A DNA stretch of 64,000 nucleotides, from positions 6,696,001-6,760,000 of the forward strand of contig NW_026889807.1 of NCBI RefSeq assembly GCF_033153115.1, given 5' to 3'. Source of the DNA: Saccostrea echinata. Lineage: Eukaryota. The notes under the pieces were generated by a model. That model searched no databases. It was not told where the DNA came from and saw only the letters and a program-made list of their open reading frames with translations. The number at the start of each line of letters is the position of its first letter. The stretch's first letter is position 1. This document shows positions 23,635-36,676 of this stretch, one piece after another. A program made the position numbers and the translations under genes.

Positions 23635-23761
23635 ATATTTATTTAATTTTTTGTTGTTATGACATATACTTTAACATGTATCATGAGCATTTGTCTCCTT
23701 TTTATTTTGCGCCTTGCCAAGTCGCCTTGGGTGGGTGGATCCAATTTGCAATTGGATTGTG

Positions 23762-24059
23762 GCGTTCATTTTGTTTTATCCCACCCTTTTTTGATGGCAC
23801 GCATATCAGTGCCTGCTTTATGGTATGTTTATTTTAAAGGGGGTCAGTTTGCATAATATGATGCCAAAGATTTTTGTGTTCTTAGAAGTTTTTCTAGTCT
23901 CTCTGACTCCCTTACTATGTGTATTTTTGTTTTGCGTCATTTACTTAAATAAATGACATTTTTTCACTTTCAACACTGTTGTTATTTTCTTCTATCCATC
24001 AAAAAACTAGCTCAGTTGACTTGGCTTCAGACTTGCAACAATAACAAAGGAACATAAAT
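23762..24059 (+). repeat. Split direct repeat B1
   Basis: 298 bp; matches 24450-24747 (one substitution seen). Confidence 0.95.
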
Positions 24060-24361
24060 CAGTTATTATTATTTACAAATGATAATATCCTTTATGTGAC
24101 GGAGATAAAGAAACTGTATTTGTTTTATTTGTTTTAATTTAATTTTGATGTGACATGATTGTATTTTGGTAATTGTTGTAATTTTGTTTGATGTTTACAA
24201 ACTATTTATCTCGGGATCAATTGCCTATTTTTAATCGATGACACCATTGTCTTAATATACAGCCAATCAGCGTGGCTTCTCCCAATCACGTGACCATTGT
24301 TTATTTATTTACCAGAGGAAAAAGCCACGCTAAATTGCAAGGGAAAATTTTGTCGAAAAAA
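24055..24361 (+). repeat. Split direct repeat A2
   Basis: Copy of A1, joined to B1 through TAAAT. Confidence 0.95.
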
Positions 24362-24449
24362 CCCTCCATCCATCCCCTTTCTTCCACCGTCTTTTTTTTT
24401 TTTTATTATTATTATTATTGTTATTCATGTATTAGAGATCATACTTTGC

Positions 24450-24747
24450 GCGTTCATTTTGTTTTATCCCACCCTTTTTTGATGGCACGCATATCAGTGC
24501 CTGCTTTATGGTATGTTTATTTTAAAGGGGGTCAGTTTGCATAATATGATGCCAAAGATTTTTGTGTTCTTAGAAGTTTTTCTAGTCTCTCTGACCCCCT
24601 TACTATGTGTATTTTTGTTTTGCGTCATTTACTTAAATAAATGACATTTTTTCACTTTCAACACTGTTGTTATTTTCTTCTATCCATCAAAAAACTAGCT
24701 CAGTTGACTTGGCTTCAGACTTGCAACAATAACAAAGGAACATAAAT
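24450..24747 (+). repeat. Split direct repeat B2
   Basis: Copy of B1; ends the element. Confidence 0.95.
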
Positions 24748-24870
24748 ATCTTTCTTTCTTTGTTAGTACGAGAATTAACGTCGCAGCTATTGCAGAAAAA
24801 AATTCTGCAACAGCTGTGACATTGATTCCCGTACTAACAACCAAAGAAAGCATTTTATTGTTTAAATATA
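24748..24870. mobile_element. Short palindromic non-autonomous element interrupted by the Ngaro insertion
   Basis: CTTTCTTT..TTGTTAGTACGAGAATT..TGCAGAA / TTCTGCA..CCCGTACTAACAACCAAAGAAAG. The missing left tip TAAACAATAAA lies at ~17146-17156. Confidence 0.6.
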
Positions 24871-24949
24871 ATAATTGCGACCTTTGTTAAGAATTTCTTT
24901 AATAATCCCAATTTTGTCCAACTTTCTAACTAATGTTCAACCACAGCTT

Positions 24950-26620
24950 TTGGAAATTTTTCTGATTTCAAATTTTGTTGGTTTATATCCTTCATCAAAA
25001 ATCTTCAGAAATGTTGCTGTTTGAATCAGCTGATTGAAGAGACTGCATATATCTCGTCGAGCTTAAGAAACGGATTAGTGTCGTAAACTTCATTTACAAT
25101 TACACTCGATGCACTTTGTTTCTGTAGATCCGAAGGCAGTTTTCTACAGTCGGAGAACTTCTCTGGTAGAATCTCTAAATCACTATGCCGCGATGCATCA
25201 TCAAGATCACTGAGACATTAAAGATCATCCGCAGTTTCGTGATGACGGCCTAGTCGGAGCTTCACATCAAAGTTAAACATCGCTAATTTCGAAAGCCATC
25301 GTTGTTAAATTGCACTGAGTTTTGATATTTTAAGATGACACAACGGGTTGTTATCAGTGAACACCGTGAATTTTGATCCTAGCTATTTATTAGTAGTCCT
25401 TGAACGTCTCTGTTATGGCCTTGGTTAACGACAGTAATTCCAACTTTCGAGAACTATAGTTTTGCATGTTCCTTTCACTTGGTCTTAAGGATCTGCTAGC
25501 GTAGGCGATGACATGTTAGTTTCCTTCTTTGACTTGCGATAGACCGACTCCTAAACCTAGCATACTAGCTTCTGTTTCAAGAAAAAATGCCTTTTGGAAA
25601 TCTGCATATCCTAAGATAGGAGAACTCACAAGGAGCTTTTTTAATTTAATAAACTCAGTGTCATCACACTGAGATTTTCATTTATTTCCAAACGGTTTCT
25701 TTGGATAAGGTGTAAATGGCGATGCTATATTACTAAATCCTTTCACAAAACGTCTGTAGTATCCAGCCCAAGGAATGACTTGAGTTTTTTCACATTTTTT
25801 TTTACAGTCGGTTTTTCAAAATTCTGCTCAGCACTGATTTTATTTCAGGGTAAGTTTTACATGTAATTCCCTCTGAAGATATAACATGTCCGAGATAATG
25901 AACTTCACTTTGACAAAAAAACATGCACTTTGACAATTTTTAGTTTTGAAGAAAAAATATTGCACTAACATTTTTAATTTTAATCCATTTTGCGGATGAT
26001 TCTAAACACATTTTCTGGTCGCTTCAATGTTCTGAAATATCTTCTGAAAATACAATAATATAATCCAAAACACTAGTAAAATGTTAAATATTTCATCCCT
26101 AAAGGTCTGTTTCATAACCCTTTGAAACGTTGCCGGGGCTTTTTACAATCCAAACGACATACGCAGATATTCATACAGAACCATGGGCATTGTTAATGCT
26201 GTTTTCTCGATATCATCTTCATGGACAGCTACTTGGTTATACCCACAGGGGAGATCAGTTGTCGAGAAAAATTTAGCACCGCATAGAGCGTCAAATGCTT
26301 CTTCTTATCTAGGTAGTGGATAGGCATCTTAGTGAGTTTTGCTATTTAGTTTAAGATAGTCCACACATAAGCGGACTGAATTATCTTTCCGACTAACACA
26401 ATCGATGATGCGTACGGACTGGTACTCTCCCTTAAAATATTATTGTTCATGTGATTTCACTTCCTTGCATTGTGATAGAGGTATTCGTGTAAAAGGTAAA
26501 GATAACGAACAGTGATTGATCTGTCTGTAGGGTTGCACTATTGGCTGATCGTCTGTTGTTCGAATAGTACGTTTTATGGCTGACGTATAGCCTGTGCCAT
26601 CATCGTTCTAAAAATGCAAA
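24950..26620 (-). mobile_element. Gypsy RT/RNase H relic (probably the same element as the integrase at 16300-17140)
   Basis: Minus-strand VRLCVDY..LN, DAYPLPR, GAKFFST.DL..GY.QV, KTA, APATFQR, SPILGYADF, IAYASRSL and TDNNPL motifs, with stops. Confidence 0.85.
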
Positions 26621-29600
26621 ATATGCAATTCAAGCATTTCCAAAATCAGACCCCATTTCCTATCACATATAACATTTCAGTAATTTATGATGAGAGAATG
26701 TAATTTCAAATATGTTTTCAAAACTTCAGAAGACGTTTTTGAATATATAGATTTTGTGCAAAATCTCCGGCCGTTCTACGGTAATGCCTTGGTTATATGA
26801 ATCCTCTTTTTTTCAGGTTTATTTCGTTACTGCCGTCGAAAGGATAATGTTTGTCTGAAGGCAGACCTTAGAGGCAACCTGGTTGTAATATGTTATAATA
26901 TCTGGTCCCTTGCACCCTCAAACAAGGCGGATCTATATTATATTCGGGTTTGTATAGTAGACTCATTTAACTAACACTCAAGTTTACTCGATCTGCGACT
27001 GGTTCTGTTTTCCCCTGTCTAAAATAAATATTATTAAAAAAGGTTATTTTATACTTCAAAACTTGTAAGGACATGAAGAATTCCAATGTCTTTTTGTTAA
27101 CTATTGATACAACTACATCATACATGTATTTTGTTACTGAAACATTTCTTTTCAATTTATTACTAATTGACTATATTTTATCGGCAGAATAAGAATTTAA
27201 AACTATTATTATTTCCAGTCAAATTTGTAATACTAGAGATACACATGAATGACAGATTTGATTCTTGCTTCATTTGATGACTATTCAACTTCAGCGAAAG
27301 TATCAAGTAGTGTATTGTTCCGAATAGCAAAGATAAAAATTAAAGAAATGAGAAATAATATCGTGATTAAAAGTCGAGTCTGATATGTATGAGGCTGATT
27401 AATGTCAACTCAGAACACCTCACATGTTATCCTCTTTATCCGGTAGATATTATTTTCTCTTTATGAACCTACTGTGTTGAATACCTTTTCTATTCTTTGC
27501 AAACAAAATAAATGTAGAGGCTAACTTTGTCAGCGACTGATTTTTCAGTGACTTATTATAAATGGAATTATCGTCTAAATGGTAATTCAATGGTCTCTCT
27601 GCCATAAGTCAAGTGCATCTGTAGTATAGTCCGATGCCTATTGATATTGTGACCGATCTTAGCTGCTGATCTGTAGTTCATGGATGGGATCAATGGATAT
27701 GGATAACCCAGATATCTCCAGTTAATTGTATATTTCTTGTGTATAAATTGCTGCCATCTCAAAACATGTCAAACTAAGTCCAAAACCTTTGCTTGCAGTC
27801 CCATGCCAAAATAGTCTTCATTCAAGATGTTAAAAGTATTTGATCAGCTTTATTTGTCCAAACGCGTAGACGAATTCCTCGATTTTCTTTCGCAAGAAGG
27901 TCTCCCGTGTTGGTATTTGTATTTCAATCGTTAATAATGATTGTTGTAGTGATAAAACTCGTCCTCGGCAAAAACCAAACTTGTGCCAAAAATCAGAGGG
28001 TGTATTTTATAATACAGCATTACATCTGATTCAATACTTTGAAAGACTCTATCATCGAACATTAAATATCAGATGAAGTATCAAAACTTGTAATTCGCAA
28101 AATATAAAAAAAAAAGTGCCGATATCAAAAATGTCAATTAACATGTTTTTCTTTTCACATTTTAAACTATGAACATTTTCTCTTAGTTCTTCAATGATGG
28201 CAGGGACATACTGGATACTGTCTGAAGTCATACGACTTTAGCCATAATGTGATTTTTTGTTTGTTTTTCCACTCCTTAAAATATAATTAAACCTTGCGAG
28301 GTTTTTTTCCAATTACGAAAATTACTTTAACAAAATAATTCACTGATGCAATCATGCATTTAAAATGAAAAATTATGTATCCTAAATTTATGGACGCTCA
28401 AAGTCCATTTTAAATTACATAAATGTGTGCATGTAAGGAGAGGAAAATAACACTTATACAAGATGCCCTTTGTTTTAGGAAAAAAGTATTTTTTTCTGAA
28501 TAAAAAAGCACAGGGTTACCTGTGTATCGCTGCCATCTCAAAATGTTAGTACATGTACATTGAAATGATGTTAAACTGAGCCCAAAATCTTTGCACACTG
28601 TCCCGAAAGCGAGATAGTTAGTCTTTCACTCAAGCAGATGTTAAATGTAAAAATATTTGATACCCTGTGTGTTGGTCACCGTTTTTAATCACCTCTGCAC
28701 TATTCATTTTCGATTTAATGATTTCTATTATTTTATAAGAACTATAACTTGCCCTTTTTTTTATCATATTTTCTTCATTAATGCCTTATCTAACATTCTT
28801 TATAAATGAAAATTTACAAAATTAAATCAATTATGATTATTTTAGTGAAAATAGAACTTTTCTTTTGTAAGACTCAATACGAGTAGTTTATTTCATAATG
28901 CAGCATAACAAATTATATCTTTTGAAGGATCCCATTGTCTAACATTTAAATACTAAATGTAACATAATAACTGGAGGATGAATAGAGGACTTTTTCAATA
29001 CTTTCAGGGCAGTATAACCGCAAAAAAAAATCTGGTGGAGACGAATTTCCTATTTACGCTATCTCTTTATGTAATTGTATAAGTTGCGATAACTTGTGTT
29101 AATTTTCATATGAGGATTATTAAAAGCCCTAATAAAATGTGAATATAACATGCAGTTATCTTGCTTATAGTCCATTAAACATTTTAACTTTAAGTAGGCG
29201 TAAATAATTTCTTGATAAATTTCTTTTAAGACTTTTCTAATAATTTTGATACAAAAAACAGTTAGCAGTCCAGAAAGGCAAGCTGGTTTGTCGTCATCGA
29301 AGTCAAACAGGTGCTTGTAAGTGACGCCAACGACCTACCAAAACCACTCCTTATATACGACATAACAAAATTTCAAGAAGACCCATGTGTTCATTAATCT
29401 AGTACAATCGGAAATGTAGCATGTTATTTCTTAGCTTAGGAAAAAATCCCATAAACCTGTTTCCTACGGAGACTCTCTAACCCCAGGGAAGAAATGAGGA
29501 ATTGTTGTTTTGCTTGGCTATGTTTTGACGTGAACCTGGAGTAAAATACACATGTCTGTACTGCTGTGATACACTGTACCTGACATCTGCCATGAGCCTT

Positions 29601-31068
29601 TCGTCTTGATAGGAGAAACATAGTAATCTATAGACAAATCGGTAAGAAAATAATAGCCTAACAACGTCAGGTTGTACTTGCAAACACGATCATTGAATTA
29701 ATCATAAAATTTATAAAATTTTGACATTAAACGATATGTTTGATACTCTTGTTGCATTAACTAATTTGTCAGTAGTCTCTGTTAACAAACATAAAATTTT
29801 GTTTTTGTGCAATCAATTTCTTTCTTGTGTAACACATCAAAATATGAAAAAAATTGTCAGACCAAGTTTTGCCTTTTGTTCGGAATTAAGTGGGATATTT
29901 TAAATCAAAGTTGACAGAAAATGAATATTGTAAATTGATTAAGCGTTGTCGATATATTTTAATGTCGAATTAAACGTGACAGCAACATACATCTTCTAAT
30001 CATGTAAAAGTCTTAGGATAAATTAATGAATTTTTGAATAGCAGTTTCGATCATGGAACAGTAAAGGATAGCAAGGTCTACATCTTATTCATACATATAA
30101 TACCCAATATCTGCTAGAAGTAGACTCAATATTGAAACGCAGCTATGTTAAGAATTCCCTCATAGACAACTGCTTCCTTAATAAAAATGGAAATCGGAAA
30201 TTTTCATATTTTGTGATTATACATCTACAAAATTACTAGCCTATTACTCTGCAAGGCAAAATGCCAGATACCGACACTTGTTTCTAAATTGCTAAAAAAA
30301 AATATATTTTTATATTTGACGACACAAGAGAATTAGTTAATCAAAAGACACATCATTTATATACTATGTGTTATTTGGTTGTTATAAGGTTAGAGAGTGT
30401 CAGCCAAACTTATAGATTGTACACTTCATTTCTCCCAAAATCAGAAATTCGTCATAACACATGACATGAACAAACCTTGATACTTTGAAAGAATACATTG
30501 GTTGTTATTTCCATTTTGGAAATATAAGTTAATTTCGCCAGTTTGTAAATGAGTCTTAATCATTCAACTGTTTCTTTTCACAATAGTAATTTAATGAAAA
30601 AGGCACTTTACACTTTCTACAGACATCTTTGAATTAAGCATTAAGTATTGTTCCTATAATTCAGTTTGAGCATCACAATTTCTGCATAGGACGCTCAGAA
30701 AATTGCATTTCGCTACTGGAGATAATGAACACGCAACAAAAATATTATTCTTATAATCAAAAGCCAGAAATGTGGGGTTCTTCATATTTGTATGTTTATA
30801 CTGAAAAAGTTTGTCCCCAGCCCTTGAATAACAAATCACCTCATCACCACATACAAAGGCCAACCGTTCGTGTATTTTCGACATTGTTCTTGTTGGTATG
30901 TGCTCTCCAGTTTTGTGATAATATTATAATTGACAAAGCAGGAGAAAAGGGCAAAGATCATTATAATTCTTTGAGATGCGATGGTGGTTCTGTTCTTCAC
31001 CAACACTAAAACATCAAATGCTTGCTTAAGGTCGACTTTCCAACACAAATAAGCGATATAGTATCACA

Positions 31069-31708
31069 TTTTTATGCCCCCGTATGAAGATTCGGGGGTA
31101 TATAGTTTTTGCCCTGTCCGTCCGTCCGTCTGTCTCTCTCTCTGTCTGTTTGTCCGCAAAACTTTAACCTTGCCCATAATTTATGATTGGTTGGAGCTAT
31201 GACTTTCATGTTTTACATATGTATACCTTGAGAAAAGACCTTTCTTTGGGTACCATCATATTTAACCTTTTGACCTTGGAATTTAATTTTTGCAAAATTT
31301 TATGAGACTATAACCTTGGCCATAAATTTTGAACAGTTGGTGCTTGGGGTTTCAAACTTCTCATATTCTTTGTGACAAGACCTTCCTTTGGATACCAACA
31401 ACTTCGACCTTTTGACATTGACCTTGGAGTTTGACCTATTTTGAAAAACTTTAACCTTGGTCAAACATATGAACGTTTGGTTCTAGGCCTTTCACATTTC
31501 ACGAACATGTGTATCACAAAAAAAACTTTACCTTCGCTATAACTTTTGAACAGTCGGAATTTCACAGCTATAATCCTCAAGACGAGACCTTTCTTTATGT
31601 ACCAACATTTCTGAGTTCTTGACCTGGAGTTTGATTTGCATTTGAGAAAGTTTAACTTTCGCCATAAGCTGCCATACAGGGGCATCAGTGTTTCACAAAC
31701 ACATCTTG
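31069..31708 (+). mobile_element. HINE/Helentron-type element inserted in the TRIM pseudogene
   Basis: TTTTATGCCCCC..GGGGGTATA hairpin, GTCC/GTCT microsatellite, ~160-bp AACTTTAACCTTG repeats, 3' GGGGCATCAGTGTTTCACAAACACATCTTG. Confidence 0.75.
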
Positions 31709-33162
31709 AATTCCATAGAATTAAAACATGAATTAAATGACCCGTCAACATTATGAAATATATCAATGTTCCGTAATTAAGCTAAGGCCAAAGTTTCATT
31801 ATCGAAAAAAAAACGCCCTGCTCTGCACAACAAGTTAGCTGAAACTTTAATTGTTTCTATGCACTAAGTGACCCAGAGTTTAACATGTTCCAAAAATGTT
31901 CGACGACTGTATTTTTTCCATATTTTCAAATATCTGAAATGAAGATATATGCAATGGCAAATTCCAGTTAGTTCCTGTCAATTTTGCAATGATTGTCACA
32001 TCATCAATGTTACCATGTTTGCAAATTTGTTTTAATATTGTCGTAAGATCATGTTTATAATCGTACTCCTCATCTTCAGGATTTCTAGTCTTGAATTGTT
32101 TAAACTGGTCTTTAATGTCCCTTCTAATTTCCAATGTAGAGAGAAATATTTGTTTTGGGAAACCTTTTTCTTTAACTACAGAAAGAAAAGCTTTTCCATT
32201 ATCGACTATCAGGAGTTATTGTTTTATCCAAAACATTATTTCATCTCTTGTTCTATATCTTCATGTTTTTTCAGGAAGGTCTTTGGAAATTGTTGCTCCA
32301 GTTCGTCGAGTTTAGTTTTAATGTTTGAAGATTTTCTTTTGAACACCTAGGAGCGTTATTGCTTTTTCTTTGTGTTTTAAAACTCCCTTTGTTATCTTTG
32401 ATATTGCAGAAAGAACATCTAAGTTAACTCTACGACTTGTCTTTGTATTTTTTCATCAACTTCATTGAATTCACAGTTTCCACGTGTTCACATTGTCTAT
32501 GCTGTGTTCTAACACATAAACAGCAGTAACGCTTTTCATGGTCCAAGAAACACACTTCAACACATTTACCTGCAAATGGCAGGGTTCATCTAATTCCGGA
32601 AATGTAAACTTTTCTTCACTGTAAAAACTGTGTTAAGAAACACTTCCATTACGTGTTTAGACCTAAAATATATGTTATATATAAGCGCGTTTAGATATAA
32701 CACGTGTTTAGATATAAGTGTTGAGAAATGAAACACTTTTATGTGAAGTACAGAGTTATCTTCCAGGAAATGACGCGTATATATTTGAACGTTAAATAGA
32801 GCGTTTATCGAAACAAAGAAAATCCCAATGTAAGCTAAAGAAGATGTATCAAGGAAGTGAATGATAACCAAAGTGATAACCATGAAGAGATTGTGAAATG
32901 CATTTGAAAGACATCTTACTACATGTACCACGATAAAAGATCTGTTCATTATTTTTATTTACATAAATTGACAACGATGAGCAATCTAAATAAACATGCA
33001 TTTACGCATGTAAATGTCGATAAGATTTCCTTCGGTTATTTTGCATTCATGAAAGCTAGAAAGGAGTGTACATAGAAGTTCATTTAAAAACCATCTATAT
33101 CGGTACATGTATCAATAAAATTTTGTAGTTAAGGGGACCGACTGTGGTTTTCATTGCGCAAT

Positions 33163-33371
33163 ACTGTAAACCAACCTTTATTTGCGTGCGAGGAATATTC
33201 ACGAGTTTCGCCACCTACTTATCTCGCTAATATTAATCGCCGCGAACCATTTATTTTGCTTTGTATCTGTAGAGAATGTTTCCTCAGTTGCGAAAATTAA
33301 TTGTCGCGGATTGATTTCAGACTGACGAATCGCGAATAAAACTTAACGCGAATAATAGTTGGTTTAAAGTA
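33163..33371. mobile_element. TA-flanked MITE
   Basis: TACTGTAAACCAAC..TATTTGCG / CGCGAATAATAGTTGGTTTAAAGTA. Confidence 0.65.
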
Positions 33372-34557
33372 CTTCGCGCAGCATAGTAAAATAAAGCGTA
33401 TTTACTATTCTGAAGTTACTATGATTTTTACATAATTTATACAAAATAAAAAAAAATAGGAAATCTCAAGTTAGAAAATCTAATTACGTTTTTAAATAAT
33501 AGATTTTTTTAAACGATTTTTAAATGATGGGTAGATAGACGTCGTAATAGTGTGTTTTTGACGTTATGAATAACCGAAGTTCTTTAAGATGGGTCATTAA
33601 TTATGCAAAAAAATAAAAAGTATAAAATAGATGCCCCTGAAATTTTAAACATAGGAAATCGAGAATCTCACAATCAATTTTATAATTTTTTTTAAATAAA
33701 TCTGTGGTATCCGTCATGTTTTGTAGTACTCCATAAAAACAGGAAAATATCATGAATTTTGACATTTTGAGATTCCCCCTCTGGAAACCAGACGGTAAAA
33801 TTTTATGTTTCTTGCATAAATTGTATAATATAATTTTACTCATCAAATAAAATAATTTGAGCAAAATGTCTATAGTAGCATTTGTATAATTTGCTCCGAA
33901 GTGCGAAAAAATAGTATTTTCCTATATAATCCTGTAGTAAATGTACCTGTACATGTATTTTGAGATGGTCCCTAAAAATAACCGGAAGGTAGATTTTCAC
34001 TAAACTTGTCATGTGTACTGAAGTCAATGTAAGGTACATATGGTATAAAATTAAAGAGTTTCTTTATTGTTGTTTTCACACTATAAAATCCCAGTCGGCT
34101 CCCTTAAATGAGTTTCACTAAATCTTGCACAATAATAGCTATCAAATAAATGTGAAATTTCAGCGAGGAGCATACTTTTACTATAATTTAAATCTTTCTT
34201 ACAGGATATGGTCCAGATCGAACTTAAAAGCAAAAACACGCGTATCAGAGTAACTGGTGTCATCTCCAAGTTGAAGAGCAATTGTTGATACATTATGGAG
34301 CATTTCTTACATTCTAGAGGAAACTGAATGTTGTGACGTCTACTGTTCGGTAATTTTAATACCCCAAAACATTCATATCTATTGGAAATGGATTACTTCC
34401 TGGCAGTAATGGATGGATACAAATTGTACACTGTTGCTAGTGAAGGACTTGCTGGAAGTTAATAAAATTGATTAACTTTTTGTAACTGACGTGAGGAAAA
34501 AAATCTTGCTAAGTTGATTAATATTAAGTTTAACTATTATAAAGATAAATATTCATA

Positions 34558-35626
34558 TACCGTATAACGGGTATTTTCTGCCGTTGTCCAATTTTTGCGG
34601 AATTTTGCGGATAGGACAAATCCGCAAAAATTACAATCGCAAAATATTTTTTTCAATATCCATTCAGATATTTTGTACATGCAATTATAATAAGTGGTGT
34701 GTATGTCTGATAGGGTTCTCATTAACGTAAGAACCTGCGCACTGGACACAGATATTTTGAACGTAAGGTTTTTAAAATCGATGCGTCCGCAGACTCATAA
34801 GTGGCCACATCCTCGTTAGCGAGAAAATTCGAGTGTCATCGAAATTCGAAGATTTTAGATGTCAGGATTTGTCCAAAACATATTGAATCAAAACCTTCCT
34901 AGCTGTAAATAATACCAATTAAATAAGTTGATACAAAAACATCTTTACTTGTACCTATTTCGCAATTATTAGTCCAAACTCCGATAGCTGCAAACAACAC
35001 ATGGTAGCTTTTCTTTTTTAAACATGTGTTTTATATTGAGACAATACTTATAATTACTGCTTGTATACACAATGTGGCTCGATTGTCTCGTGAATTTCAC
35101 CTAATGGATAAGACTGACAGGATTAGTCACGCCTCAATGCACATGACACCTGTGATTGTTAACCGTCAACTTTGGGGTACTTCATTATGCAACTGTTTGT
35201 TTTAGCTTAAAATATAAACACACAATTAATTTTGATGGCAGTTAACTAGAAAATGTATTTTAGAATATGGCTTGGATGCATTTATTATCATTATCTACAT
35301 ATATTTAAATACTGTTATTTTAATAGATCGCATAAAACGTCTGTTAGAATAAAGATTTGTATTGTTTGGGTGGACTGACACTGCATTAATTCATTTCAAT
35401 TGGTACTCGAAATATTTTTACAAAAACTAACTAAAAGATAGTACTTTAATTAAGCATGATAGCTTAATACCAGTTTTCATGCACCTTTGATCAATATGTC
35501 TTAATTTATTTATAAAACGTAAACATGACAGCATTCTGATAATTCATAAAGTTTAGTGCATGATCATACCCCGTAAATAAATTTTTGCGGTATAGTGCAA
35601 CCGCAGAAAATACCCGTTATACGGTA
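34558..35626. mobile_element. TA-flanked TIR element (~1.07 kb)
   Basis: TACCGTATAACGGGTATTTTCTGC / GCAGAAAATACCCGTTATACGGTA. Confidence 0.8.
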
Positions 35627-36676
35627 TATGTATGTATGTATATATATATATATATATATTAAAATTCTTTATAATAAATTCATGTTATTCATTGTTATTA
35701 TTGTCAGCCGTTTTTTTTCTTGTAAAATAGATACATTTGAGGTTAAAATGATTGCTTTCTGTATGCACTACCAGTGCAGTAATATACGCAGAATAAATTT
35801 CTAGGAAACTTAAATGTAGTTTTTCTTATAAAATATCTGTTCTCTTGTAATCGTTTATCGTGTAGACTATTGTTTTGAAACCAATGTGGAAGTAAACAGG
35901 TTAAGCAACTTAACACCTAAGCTTAATCTGTTTAGAAATGAGACGTGTTTAGAGCTAAACGCGTAAAAAAAGTGAACAAATTATGTGTTTAGGGAACAAA
36001 CAGGTATAGCAACTAAACATATGAAGTCTTAACGTGTTTAGAAATGAGTTATGTTTAGAATTAAACGTGTAAAAAAAAGATAAACAAATTTGGAGTTTAT
36101 TTTAGTTTTGTGTTTAGGATCTAAACACTGTTTTAACAGTGTTCTTCTCTTCAAAACCTAGTGCCGAGATTTTGTGTTTTTGAAGTGTACCAATAATTTG
36201 ATGAAGATGTTTACATGGATCACATACATCTTCTGCACAGTCACTGCACCGACTCCGCCTTAATTTTTTTGTCAACCCGTAAACAAATTGCACAGGATTT
36301 ATCCTCAATTTTTCACCACTTAAACTTGTCAGTGAGTTGACCAAAATGTTGGTTAGAAAATGTTTAACCCATTCATTCACAACAATCCCTGATTCTGATC
36401 GACCCGTTACACGACGACAGACAGGACATTCAAAGTCAACTTCTCTGGATCTTTCCCCATGCATGGGGGCTCTAGATATAAAAGTCTGCAGGCATTTTTT
36501 CCCAAAAAGTATGAGAACAAGGCACACGTTTTGGTCTGATGATCTCTTCCAAACAAATCGGACAACTATAAATAGTTGGATTTACTTTGAGTATACCCTC
36601 CACCATTATGAATTTCACAATTTTGATGAATGAAATCAGGGTAATTTCGGTTTGGAGAATGATGAACAAAAAATAG

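Larger units (their letters stand above)
17158..24747 (+). mobile_element. Ngaro-type (DIRS-order) tyrosine-recombinase retrotransposon, near intact
   Basis: Split direct repeats A1 17158-17464, B1 23762-24059, A2 24055-24361, B2 24450-24747. ORFs: SGNH, gag, RT/RNase H, YR. No methyltransferase ORF. TAAAT at all three junctions. Confidence 0.93.
32617..36141. mobile_element. EnSpm/CACTA-type non-autonomous transposon
   Basis: CACTGTAAAAAC ... GTTTTAACAGTG termini, TT TSD, subterminal ACGTGTTTAG repeats. Removing it rejoins the TRIM sequence. Confidence 0.8.
30420..36606 (-). pseudogene. Disrupted TRIM paralogue of the 40086-42278 gene
   Basis: RING/B-box1 at 36142-36606 (YSCPICLE.., DFECPVCRRVTGR), B-box2/coiled coil at ~31830-32616 (EDEEYDYKHDLTTILKQIC), propeller part at ~30420-31050. 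Frameshifts and two insertions. Confidence 0.88.

Noticed and set aside
34081-34480. Possible transposase exon inside the EnSpm-type element
   Set aside because: No recognisable catalytic motifs in the frames I examined.
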